NCBI GenBank assembly: GCA_964016885.1
Contig: OZ024749.1
Coordinates: forward strand, 20,522,001-20,586,000
Length of the DNA stretch: 64,000 nucleotides
DNA from: Eledone cirrhosa
Lineage: Eukaryota
Direction of reading: 5' to 3'
Positions within the stretch are counted from its first letter, which is position 1; each line of letters begins with the position of its first letter. The notes under the pieces are model-generated. The model was not told the DNA's origin. It ran no database searches and saw only the letters and a program-made list of their open reading frames with translations. The position numbers were made by a program, and so were the translations under genes. Below, in pieces: positions 11,101 through 25,199 of this stretch.

Positions 11101-14100
11101 GTGGACTATACCAGACTGTGGTGCCTACTTACAGCTAGATGGACTGTGACTGTTGACAGTACAGTGGACTGTGATTGTTGACAGTACAGTGTACTATACC
11201 AGACTGTGGTACCTACTTACAGCTAGGTGGACTGAGCTGTTGCCATAGTACAGTGGACTATACCATACTGTGGTACCTACTTACAGATAGGTGGACTGAG
11301 CTGTTAGCACAGTACAGTGGACTATACCATACTGTGGTACCTACTTACAGCTAGGTAGACTGTGACTGTTGGCACAGTACAGTGGACTATACCACACTGT
11401 GGTACCTACTTCCAGCTAGGTGGACTGTGACTGTTGGCACAGCACAGTGGACTATACCATACTGTGGTACCTACTTACAGCTAGGTGGACTGTGACTGTT
11501 GACATAGTACAGTGGACTATACCACACTGTGGTCCCTACTTACAGCTAGGTGGACTGTGACTGTTGACACAGTACAGTGGACTATACCAGACTGTGGTGC
11601 CTACTTACAGCTAGGTGGAATGTGACTGTTGACAGTACAGTGTACTATACCAGACTCTGGTACCTACTTACAGCTAGGTGGACTGAGCTGTTGCCATAGT
11701 ACAGTGGACTATACCATACTGTGGTACCTACTTACAGCTAGGTGGACTGAGCTTTTGACATAGTACAGTGGACTATACCATACTGTGGTACCTACTTACA
11801 GCTAGGTGGACTGAGCTGTTGACATAATACAGTGGACTATACCATACTGTGGTACCTACTTACAGCTAGGTGGACTGTGACTGTTGACAGTACAGTGGAC
11901 TATACCATACTGTGGTACCTACTTACAGCTAGGTGGACTGAGCTGTTGACATAGTACAGTGGACTATACCATACTGTGGTACCTACTTACAGCTAGGTGG
12001 ACTGTGACTGTTGACAGTACAGTGGACTATACCATACTGTGGTACCTACTGACAGCTAGGTGGACTGAGATGTTGACATAGTACAGTGGGCTATACCATA
12101 CTGTGGTACCTACTTACAGCTAGGTGGACTGTGACTGTTGACAGTACAGTGGACTATACCATCCTGTGGTACCTACTTACAGCTAGGTGGACTGTGACTG
12201 TTGACACCGTACAGTGGACTATAATATACTGTGGTACCTACTTACAGCTAGGTGGACTGTGAGTGTTGAGAGTACAGTGGACTATACCACACTGTGGTAC
12301 CTACTTACAGCTAGGTGGACTGTGACTGTTGGCACAGTACAGTGGACTATACCATACTGTGGTACCTACTTACAGCTAGGTAGACTGTGACTGTTGGCAC
12401 AGTACAGTGGACTATACCACACTGTGGTACCTACTTCCAGCTAGGTGGACTGTGACTGTTGGCACAGCACAGTGGACTATACCATACTGTGGTACCTACT
12501 TACAGCTAGGTGGACTGTGACTGTTGACATAGTACAGTGGACTATACCACACTGTGGTCCCTACTTACAGCTAGGTGGACTGTGACTGTTGACACAGTAC
12601 AGTGGACTATACCAGACTGTGGTGCCTACTTACAGCTAGGTGGACTGTGACTGTTGACAGTACAGTGGACTGTGACTCTTGACAGTACAGTGTACTATAG
12701 CAGACTGTGGTACCTACTTACAGCTAGGTGGACTGAGCTGTTAGCACAGTACAGTGGACTATACCATACTGTGGTACATACTTACAGCTAGGTGGACTGA
12801 GCTTTTGACATAGTACAGTGGACTATACCATACTGTGGTACCTACTTACATCTAGGTGGACTGAGCTTTTGGCACAGTGCAGTGGACTATACCATACTGT
12901 GGTACCTACTTACAGCTAGGTGGACTGAGCTGTTGACATAATACAGTGGACTATACCATACTGTGGTACCTACTTACAGCTAGGTGGACTGTGACTGTTG
13001 ACAGTACAGTGGACTATACCATACTGTGGTACCTACTTACAGCTAGGTGGACTGAGCTGTTGACATAGTACAGTGGACTATACCATACTGTGGTACCTAC
13101 TTACAGCTAGGTGGACTGTGACTGTTGACAGTACAGTGGACTATACCATACTGTGGTACCTACTGACAGCTAGGTGGACTGAGATGTTGACATAGTACAG
13201 TGGGCTATACCATACTGTGGTACCTACTTACAGCTAGGTGGACTGTGACTGTTGACAGTACAGTGGACTATACCATACTGTGGTGCCTACTTACAGCTAG
13301 GTGGACTGTGACTGTTGACATAGTAGAGTGGACTATACCATACTGTGGTACCTACTTACAGCTAGGTGGACTGTGACTGTTGACAGTACAGTGGACTATA
13401 CCATACTGTGGTACCTACTTACAGCTAGGTGGAATGTGACTGTTGACAGTACAGTGGACTATACCATACTGTGGCACCTACTTACAGCTAGGTGGACTGT
13501 GACTGTTGACAGTACAGTGGACTATACCATACTGTGGTACCTACTTACAGCTAGGTGGACTGTGACTGTTGACAGTACAGTGGACTCTACCATACTGTGG
13601 TACCTACTTACAGCTAGGTGGACTGTGACTGTTGACATAGTACAGTGGACTATACCACACTGTGGTCCCTACTTACAGCTAGGTGGACTGTGACTGTTGA
13701 CACAGTACAGTGGACTATACCAGACTGTGGTGCCTACTTACAGCTAGGTGGACTGTGACTGTTGACAGTACAGTGGACTGTGACTGTTGACAGTACAGTG
13801 TACTATACCAGACTGTGGTACCTACTTACAGCTAGGTGGACTGAGCTGTTGAGATAGTACAGTGGACTATACCATACTGTGGTACCTACTTACAGCTAGG
13901 TGGACTGAGCTGTTAGCACAGTACAGTGGACTATACCATACTGTGGTACCTACTTACAGCTAGGTGGACTGAGCTGTTGACATAGTACAGTGGACTATAC
14001 CATACTGTGGTACCTACTTACAGCTAGGTGGACTGAGCTGTTGGCACAGTACAGTGGACTATAACATACTGTGGTACCTACTTACAGCTAGGTGGACTGA

Positions 14101-17100
14101 GCTGTTGACATAATACAGTGGACTATACCATACTGTGGTACCTACTTACAGCTAGGTGGACTGTGACTGTTGACAGTACAGTGGACTATACCATACTGTG
14201 GTACCTACTTACAGCCAGGTGGACTGAGCTGTTGACATAGTACAGTGGACTATACCATACTGTGGTACCTACTTACAGCTAGGTGGACTGTGACTGTTCA
14301 CAGTACAGTGGACTATACCATACTGTGGTACCTACTGACAGCTAGGTGGACTGAGATGTTGACATAGTACAGTGGGCTATACCATACTGTGGTACCTACT
14401 TACAGCTAGGTGGACTGTGACTGTTGACAGTACAGTGGACTATACCATACTGTGGTGCCTACTTACAGCTAGGTGGACTGTGACTGTTGACATAGTAGAG
14501 TGGACTATACCATACTGTGGTACCTACTTACAGCTAGGTGGACTGTGACTGTTGACAGTACAGTGGACTATACCATACTGTGGTACCTACTTACAGCTAG
14601 GTGGACTGTGACTGTTGACAGTAGAGTGGACAATACCATACTGTGGTACCTACTTACAGCTAGGTGGACTGTGACTGTTGACAGTACAGTGGACTATACC
14701 ATACTGTGGTACCTACTTACAGCTAGGTGGACTGTGACTGTTGGCACAGTACAGTGGACTATACCATACTGTGGTACCTACTTACAGCTAGGTAGACTGT
14801 GACTGTTGGCACAGTACAGTGGACTATACCACACTGTGGTACCTACTTCCAGCTAGGTGGACTGTGACTGTTGGCACAGCACAGTGGACTATACCATACT
14901 GTGGTACCTACTTACAGCTAGGTGGACTGTGACAGTTGACATAGTACAGTGGACTATACCACACTGTGGTCCCTACTTACAGCTAGGTGGACTGTGACTG
15001 TTGACACAGTACAGTGGACTATACCAGACTGTGGTGCCTACTTACAGCTAGGTGGATTGTGACTGTTGACAGTACAGTGGACTGTGACTGTTGACAGTAC
15101 AGTGTACTATAGCAGACTGTGGTACCTACTTACAGCTAGGTGGACTGAGCTTTTGACATAGTACAGTGGACTATACCATACTGTGGTACCTACTTACAGC
15201 TAGGTGGACTGAGCTGTTGGCACAGTACAGTGGACTATACCATACTGTGGTACCTACTTACAGCTAGGTGGACTGAGCTGTTGACATAATACAGTGGACT
15301 ATACCATACTGTGGTACCTACTTACAGCTAGGTGGACTGTGACTGTTGACAGTACAGTGGACTATACCATACTGTGGTACCTACTTACAGCTAGGTGGAC
15401 TGAGCTGTTGACATAGTACAGTGGACTATACCATACTGTGGTACCTACTTACAGCTAGGTGGACTGAGCTGTTGGCACAGTACAGTGGACTATACCATAC
15501 TGTGGTACCTACTTACAGCTAGGTGGACTGAGCTGTTGACATAATACAGTGGACTATACCATACTGTGGTACCTACTTACAGCTAGGTGGACTGTGACAG
15601 TTGACAGTACAGTGGACTATACCATACTGTGGTACCTACTGACAGCTAGGTGGACTGAGATGTTGACATAGTACAGTGGATTATACCATACTGTGGTACC
15701 TACTTACAGCTAGGTGGACTGAGCTGTTGGCACAGTACAGTGGACTATACCATACTGTGGTACATACTTACAGCTAGGTGGACTGAGCTTTTGACATAGT
15801 ACAGTGGACTATACCATACTGTGGTACCTACTTACAGCTAGGTGGACTGAGCTGTTGGCACAGTACAGTGGACTATACCATACTGTGGTACCTACTTACA
15901 GCTAGGTGGACTGAGCTGTTGACATAATACAGTGGACTATACCATACTGTGGTACCTACTTACAGCTAGGTGGACTGTGACTGTTGACAGTACAGTGGAC
16001 TATACCATACTGTGGTACCTACTTACAGCTAGGTGGACTGAGCTGTTGACATAGTACAGTGGACTATACCATACTGTGGTACCTACTTACAGCTAGGTGG
16101 ACTGTGACTGTTGACAGTACAGTGGACTATACCATACTGTGGTACCTACTTACAGCTAGGTGGACTGAGCTGTTGACATAGTACAGTGGACTATACCATA
16201 CTGTGGTACCTACTTACAGCTAGGTGGACTGTGACTGTTGACAGTACAGTGGACTATACCATACTGTGGTACCTACTGACAGCTAGGTGGACTGAGATGT
16301 TGACATAGTACAGTGGATTATACCATACTGTGGTACCTACTTACAGCTAGGTGGACTGTGACTGTTGACAGTACAGTGGACTATACCATACTGTGGTACC
16401 TACTGACAGCTAGGTGGACTGAGATGTTGACATAGTACAGTGGATTATACCATACTGTGGTACCTACTTACAGCTAGGTGGACTGAGCTGTTGGCACAGT
16501 ACAGTGGACTATACCATACTGTGGTACATACTTACAGCTAGGTGGACTGAGCTTTTGACATAGTACAGTGGACTATACCATACTGTGGTACCTACTTACA
16601 GCTAGGTGGACTGAGCTGTTGGCACAGTACAGTGGACTATACCATACTGTGGTACCTACTTACAGCTAGGTGGATTGAGCTGTTGACATAGTACAGTGGA
16701 CTATACCATACTGTGGTACCTACTTACAGCTAGGTGGACTGTGACTGTTGACAGTACAGTGGACTATACCATACTGTGGTACCTACTGACAGCTAGGTGG
16801 ACTGAGATGTTGACATAGTACAGTGGATTATACCATACTGTGGTACCTACTTACAGCTAGGTGGACTGTGACTGTTGACAGTACAGTGGACTATACCATA
16901 CTGTGGTACCTACTTACAGCTAGGTGGAATGTGACTGTTGACAGTACAGTGGACTATACCATACTGTGGCACCTACTTACAGCTAGGTGGACTGTGACTG
17001 TTGACAGTACAGTGGACTATACCATACTGTGGTACCTACTTACATCTAGGTGGACTGTGACTGTTGACAGTACAGTGGACTATGCCATACTGTGGTACCT

Positions 17101-18419
17101 ACTTACAGCTAGGTGGACTGTGACTGTTGACATAGTACAGTGGACTATACCACACTGTGGTCCCTACTTACAGCTAGGTGGACTGTGACTGTTGACACAG
17201 TACAGTGGACTATACCAGACTGTGGTGCCTACTTACAGCTAGGTGGACTGTGACTGTTGACAGTACAGTGGACTGTGACTGTTGACAGTACAGTGTACTA
17301 TACCAGACTGTGGTACCTACTTACAGCTAGGTGGACTGAGCTGTTGCCATAGTAAAGTGGACTATACCATACTGTGGTACCTACTTAAAGCTAGGTGGAC
17401 TGAGCTGTTAGCACAGTACAGTGGACTATGCCACACTGTGGTACCTATTTACAGCTAGGTGGACTGTGACTGTTGGCACAGTACAGTGGACTATACCATA
17501 CTGTGGTACCTACTTACAGCTAGGTGGACTGTGACTGTTGGCACAGTACAGTGAACTATACCATACTGTGGTACCTACTTACAGCTAGGTGGACTGTGAC
17601 TGTTGGCACAGTACAGTGGACTATACCATACTGTGGTACCTACTTACAGCTAGGTGAACTGTGACTGTTGGCACAGTACAGTGGACCATACCATACTGTG
17701 GTACCTACTTACAGCTAGGTGGACTGTGGCTGTTGGCACAGTACAGTGGAATATATCATACAGTGGTACCTACTTACAGCTAGGTGGACTGTGACTGTTG
17801 ACAGTACAGTGGACTATACCACACTGTGGTACCTACTTACAGCTAGGTGGACTGCGACTGTTGGCACAGTACAGTGGACTATACCATACTTTGGTACCTA
17901 CTTACAGCTAGGTGGACTGCGACTGTTGGCACAGTACAGTGGACTATACCATACTGTGGAACCTACTTACAGCTAGGTGGACTGCGACTGTTGGCACAGT
18001 ACAGTGGACTATACCAGACTGTGGTACCTACTTACAGCTAGGTGGACTGTGACTGTTGACACCGTACAGTGGACTATACCATACTGAGGTACCTACTAAC
18101 AGCTAGGTGGACTGTGAGTGTTGAGAGTACAGTGGACTATACCACACTGTGGTACCTACTTACAGCTAGGTGGACTGTGACTGTTGGCACAGTACAGTGG
18201 ACTATACCATACTGTGGTACCTACTTACAGCTAGGTAGACTGTGACTGTTGGCAAAGTACAGTGGACTATACCACACTGTGGTACCTACTTCCAGCTAGG
18301 TGGACTGTGACTGTTGGCACAGCACAGTGGACTATACCATACTGTGGTACCTACTTACAGCTAGGTGGACTGTGACTGTTTACATAGTACAGTGGACTAT
18401 ACCACACTGTGGTCCCTAC

Positions 18420-21400
18420 TTACAGCTAGGTGGACTGTGACTGTTGACAGTACAGTGGACTGTGATTGTTGACAGTACAGTGTACTATACCAGACTGTGG
18501 TACCTACTTACAGCTAGGTGGACTGAGCTGTTGCCATAGTACAGTGGACTATACCATACTGTGGTACCTACTTACTGCTAGGTGGACTGAGCTGTTAGCA
18601 CAGTACAGTGGACTATACCATACTGTGGTACCTACTTACAGCTAGGTAGACTGTGACTGTTGGCACAGTACAGTGGACTATACCACACTGTGGTACCTAC
18701 TTCCAGCTAGGTGGACTGTGACTGTTGGCACAGCACAGTGGACTATACCATACTGTGGTACCTACTTACAGCTAGGTGGACTGTGACTGTTGACATAGTA
18801 CAGTGGACTATACCACACTGTGGTCCCTACTTACAGCTAGGTGGACTGTGACTGTTGACACAGTACAGTGGACTATACCAGACTGTGGTGCCTACTTACA
18901 GCTAGGTGGAATGTGACTGTTGACAGTACAGTGTACTATACCAGACTCTGGTACCTACTTACAGCTAGGTGGACTGAGCTGTTGCCATAGTACAGTGGAC
19001 TATACCATACTGTGGTACCTACTTACAGCTAGGTGGACTGAGCTGTTAGCACAGTACAGTGGACTATACCATACTGTGGTACCTACTTACAGCTAGGTGG
19101 ACTGAGCTTTTGACATAGTACAGTGGACTATACCATACTGTGGTACCTACTTACAGCTAGGTGGACTGAGCTGTTGACATAATACAGTGGACTATACCAT
19201 ACTGTGGTACCTACTTACAGCTAGGTGGACTGTGACTGTTGACAGTACAGTGGACTATACCATACTGTGGTACCTACTTACAGCTAGGTGGACTGAGCTG
19301 TTGACATAGTACAGTGGACTATACCATACTGTGGTACCTACTTACAGCTAGGTGGACTGTGACTGTTGACAGTACAGTGGACTATACCATACTGTGGTAC
19401 CTACTGACAGCTAGGTGGACTGAGATGTTGACATAGTACAGTGGGCTATACCATACTGTGGTACCTACTTACAGCTAGGTGGACTGTGACTGTTGACAGT
19501 ACAGTGGACTATACCATCCTGTGGTACCTACTTACAGCTAGGTGGACTGTGACTGTTGACACCGTACAGTGGACTATACTATACTGTGGTACCTACTTAC
19601 AGCTAGGTGGACTGTGAGTGTTGAGAGTACAGTGGACTATACCACACTGTGGTACCTACTTACAGCTAGGTGGACTGTGACTGTTGGCACAGTACAGTGG
19701 ACTATACCATACTGTGGTACCTACTTACAGCTAGGTAGACTGTGACTGTTGGCACAGTACAGTGGACTATACCACACTGTGGTACCTACTTCCAGCTAGG
19801 TGGACTGTGACTGTTGGCACAGCACAGTGGACTATACCATACTGTGGTACCTACTTACAGCTAGGTGGACTGTGACTGTTGACATAGTACAGTGGACTAT
19901 ACCACACTGTGGTCCCTACTTACAGCTAGGTGGACTGTGACTGTTGACACAGTACAGTGGACTATACCAGACTGTGGTGCCTACTTACAGCTAGGTGGAC
20001 TGTGACTGTTGACAGTACAGTGGACTGTGACTCTTGACAGTACAGTGTACTATAGCAGACTGTGGTACCTACTTACAGCTAGGTGGACTGAGCTGTTAGC
20101 ACAGTACAGTGGACTATACCATACTGTGGTACATACTTACAGCTAGGTGGACTGAGCTTTTGACATAGTACAGTGGACTATACCATACTGTGGTACCTAC
20201 TTACATCTAGGTGGACTGAGCTTTTGGCACAGTACAGTGGACTATACCATACTGTGGTACCTACTTACAGCTAGGTGGACTGAGCTGTTGACATAATACA
20301 GTGGACTATACCATACTGTGGTACCTACTTACAGCTAGGTGGACTGTGACTGTTGACAGTACAGTGGACTATACCATACTGTGGTACCTACTTACAGCTA
20401 GGTGGACTGAGCTGTTGACATAGTACAGTGGACTATACCATACTGTGGTACCTACTTACAGCTAGGTGGACTGTGACTGTTGACAGTACAGTGGACTATA
20501 CCATACTGTGGTACCTACTGACAGCTAGGTGGACTGAGATGTTGACATAGTACAGTGGGCTATACCATACTGTGGTACCTACTTACAGCTAGGTGGACTG
20601 TGACTGTTGACAGTACAGTGGACTATACCATACTGTGGTGCCTACTTACAGCTAGGTGGACTGTGACTGTTGACAGTACAGTGGACTGTGATTGTTGACA
20701 GTACAGTGTACTATACCAGACTGTGGTACCTACTTACAGCTAGGTGGACTGAGCTGTTGCCATAGTACAGTGGACTATACCATACTGTGGTACCTACTTA
20801 CTGCTAGGTGGACTGAGCTGTTAGCACAGTACAGTGGACTATACCATACTGTGGTACCTACTTACAGCTAGGTAGACTGTGACTGTTGGCACAGTACAGT
20901 GGACTATACCACACTGTGGTACCTACTTCCAGCTAGGTGGACTGTGACTGTTGGCACAGCACAGTGGACTATACCATACTGTGGTACCTACTTACAGCTA
21001 GGTGGACTGTGACTGTTGACATAGTACAGTGGACTATACCACACTGTGGTCCCTACTTACAGCTAGGTGGACTGTGACTGTTGACACAGTACAGTGGACT
21101 ATACCAGACTGTGGTGCCTACTTACAGCTAGGTGGAATGTGACTGTTGACAGTACAGTGTACTATACCAGACTCTGGTACCTACTTACAGCTAGGTGGAC
21201 TGAGCTGTTGCCATAGTACAGTGGACTATACCATACTGTGGTACCTACTTACAGCTAGGTGGACTGAGCTGTTAGCACAGTACAGTGGACTATACCATAC
21301 TGTGGTACCTACTTACAGCTAGGTGGACTGAGCTTTTGACATAGTACAGTGGACTATACCATACTGTGGTACCTACTTACAGCTAGGTGGACTGAGCTGT

Positions 21401-22871
21401 TGACATAATACAGTGGACTATACCATACTGTGGTACCTACTTACAGCTAGGTGGACTGTGACTGTTGACAGTACAGTGGACTATACCATACTGTGGTACC
21501 TACTTACAGCTAGGTGGACTGAGCTGTTGACATAGTACAGTGGACTATACCATACTGTGGTACCTACTTACAGCTAGGTGGACTGTGACTGTTGACAGTA
21601 CAGTGGACTATACCATACTGTGGTACCTACTGACAGCTAGGTGGACTGAGATGTTGACATAGTACAGTGGGCTATACCATACTGTGGTACCTACTTACAG
21701 CTAGGTGGACTGTGACTGTTGACAGTACAGTGGACTATACCATCCTGTGGTACCTACTTACAGCTAGGTGGACTGTGACTGTTGACACCGTACAGTGGAC
21801 TATACTATACTGTGGTACCTACTTACAGCTAGGTGGACTGTGAGTGTTGAGAGTACAGTGGACTATACCACACTGTGGTACCTACTTACAGCTAGGTGGA
21901 CTGTGACTGTTGGCACAGTACAGTGGACTATACCATACTGTGGTACCTACTTACAGCTAGGTAGACTGTGACTGTTGGCACAGTACAGTGGACTATACCA
22001 CACTGTGGTACCTACTTCCAGCTAGGTGGACTGTGACTGTTGGCACAGCACAGTGGACTATACCATACTGTGGTACCTACTTACAGCTAGGTGGACTGTG
22101 ACTGTTGACATAGTACAGTGGACTATACCACACTGTGGTCCCTACTTACAGCTAGGTGGACTGTGACTGTTGACACAGTACAGTGGACTATACCAGACTG
22201 TGGTGCCTACTTACAGCTAGGTGGACTGTGACTGTTGACAGTACAGTGGACTGTGACTCTTGACAGTACAGTGTACTATAGCAGACTGTGGTACCTACTT
22301 ACAGCTAGGTGGACTGAGCTGTTAGCACAGTACAGTGGACTATACCATACTGTGGTACATACTTACAGCTAGGTGGACTGAGCTTTTGACATAGTACAGT
22401 GGACTATACCATACTGTGGTACCTACTTACATCTAGGTGGACTGAGCTTTTGGCACAGTACAGTGGACTATACCATACTGTGGTACCTACTTACAGCTAG
22501 GTGGACTGAGCTGTTGACATAATACAGTGGACTATACCATACTGTGGTACCTACTTACAGCTAGGTGGACTGTGACTGTTGACAGTACAGTGGACTATAC
22601 CATACTGTGGTACCTACTTACAGCTAGGTGGACTGAGCTGTTGACATAGTACAGTGGACTATACCATACTGTGGTACCTACTTACAGCTAGGTGGACTGT
22701 GACTGTTGACAGTACAGTGGACTATACCATACTGTGGTACCTACTGACAGCTAGGTGGACTGAGATGTTGACATAGTACAGTGGGCTATACCATACTGTG
22801 GTACCTACTTACAGCTAGGTGGACTGTGACTGTTGACAGTACAGTGGACTATACCATACTGTGGTGCCTAC
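18420..22871. repeat. Tandem 2226-bp duplication nested in the second 7.55-kb copy
   Basis: TGTGATTGTT 18461/20687, CTTACTGCTA 18571/20797 and CTCTTGAC 20031/22257 are all offset by 2226. Confidence 0.9.
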
Positions 22872-24340
22872 TTACAGCTAGGTGGACTGTGACTGTTGAC
22901 ATAGTAGAGTGGACTATACCATACTGTGGTACCTACTTACAGCTAGGTGGACTGTGACTGTTGACAGTACAGTGGACTATACCATACTGTGGTACCTACT
23001 TACAGCTAGGTGGAATGTGACTGTTGACAGTACAGTGGACTATACCATCCTGTGGTACCTACTTACAGCTAGGTGGACTGTGACTGTTGACACCGTACAG
23101 TGGACTATACTATACTGTGGTACCTACTTACAGCTAGGTGGACTGTGAGTGTTGAGAGTACAGTGGACTATACCACACTGTGGTACCTACTTACAGCTAG
23201 GTGGACTGTGACTGTTGGCACAGTACAGTGGACTATACCATACTGTGGTACCTACTTACAGCTAGGTAGACTGTGACTGTTGGCACAGTACAGTGGACTA
23301 TACCACACTGTGGTACCTACTTCCAGCTAGGTGGACTGTGACTGTTGGCACAGCACAGTGGACTATACCATACTGTGGTACCTACTTACAGCTAGGTGGA
23401 CTGTGACTGTTGACATAGTACAGTGGACTATACCACACTGTGGTCCCTACTTACAGCTAGGTGGACTGTGACTGTTGACACAGTACAGTGGACTATACCA
23501 GACTGTGGTGCCTACTTACAGCTAGGTGGACTGTGACTGTTGACAGTACAGTGGACTGTGACTCTTGACAGTACAGTGTACTATAGCAGACTGTGGTACC
23601 TACTTACAGCTAGGTGGACTGAGCTGTTAGCACAGTACAGTGGACTATACCATACTGTGGTACATACTTACAGCTAGGTGGACTGAGCTTTTGACATAGT
23701 ACAGTGGACTATACCATACTGTGGTACCTACTTACATCTAGGTGGACTGAGCTTTTGGCACAGTACAGTGGACTATACCATACTGTGGTACCTACTTACA
23801 GCTAGGTGGACTGAGCTGTTGACATAATACAGTGGACTATACCATACTGTGGTACCTACTTACAGCTAGGTGGACTGTGACTGTTGACAGTACAGTGGAC
23901 TATACCATACTGTGGTACCTACTTACAGCTAGGTGGACTGAGCTGTTGACATAGTACAGTGGACTATACCATACTGTGGTACCTACTTACAGCTAGGTGG
24001 ACTGTGACTGTTGACAGTACAGTGGACTATACCATACTGTGGTACCTACTGACAGCTAGGTGGACTGAGATGTTGACATAGTACAGTGGGCTATACCATA
24101 CTGTGGTACCTACTTACAGCTAGGTGGACTGTGACTGTTGACAGTACAGTGGACTATACCATACTGTGGTGCCTACTTACAGCTAGGTGGACTGTGACTG
24201 TTGACATAGTAGAGTGGACTATACCATACTGTGGTACCTACTTACAGCTAGGTGGACTGTGACTGTTGACAGTACAGTGGACTATACCATACTGTGGTAC
24301 CTACTTACAGCTAGGTGGAATGTGACTGTTGACAGTACAG
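21730..24340. repeat. Tandem 1305-bp duplication overlapping the end of the 2226-bp duplication
   Basis: CATCCTGTGG 21741/23046, CTCTTGAC 22257/23562 and ORF twins 22909/24214 are all offset by 1305. Confidence 0.88.
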
Positions 24341-25199
24341 TGGACTATACCATACTGTGGCACCTACTTACAGCTAGGTGGACTGTGACTGTTGACAGTA
24401 CAGTGGACTATACCATACTGTGGTACCTACTTACAGCTAGGTGGACTGTGACTGTTGACAGTACAGTGGACTATACCATACTGTGGTACCTACTTACAGC
24501 TAGGTGGACTGTGACTGTTGACATAGTACAGTGGACTATACCACACTGTGGTCCCTACTTACAGCTAGGTGGACTGTGACTGTTGACACAGTACAGTGGA
24601 CTATACCAGACTGTGGTGCCTACTTACAGCTAGGTGGACTGTGACTGTTGACAGTACAGTGGACTGTGACTGTTGACAGTACAGTGTACTATACCAGACT
24701 GTGGTACCTACTTACAGCTAGGTGGACTGAGCTGTTGAGATAGTACAGTGGACTATACCATACTGTGGTACCTACTTACAGCTAGGTGGACTGAGCTGTT
24801 AGCACAGTACAGTGGACTATACCATACTGTGGTACCTACTTACAGCTAGGTGGACTGAGCTGTTGACATAGTACAGTGGACTATACCATACTGTGGTACC
24901 TACTTACAGCTATGTGGACTGAGCTGTTGGCACAGTACAGTGGACTATAACATACTGTGGTACCTACTTACAGCTAGGTGGACTGAGCTGTTGACATAAT
25001 ACAGTGGACTATACCATACTGTGGTACCTACTTACAGCTAGGTGGACTGTGACTGTTGACAGTACAGTGGACTATACCATACTGTGGTACCTACTTACAG
25101 CTAGGTGGACTGAGCTGTTGACATAGTACAGTGGACTATACCATACTGTGGTACCTACTTACAGCTAGGTGGACTGTGACTGTTCACAGTACAGTGGAC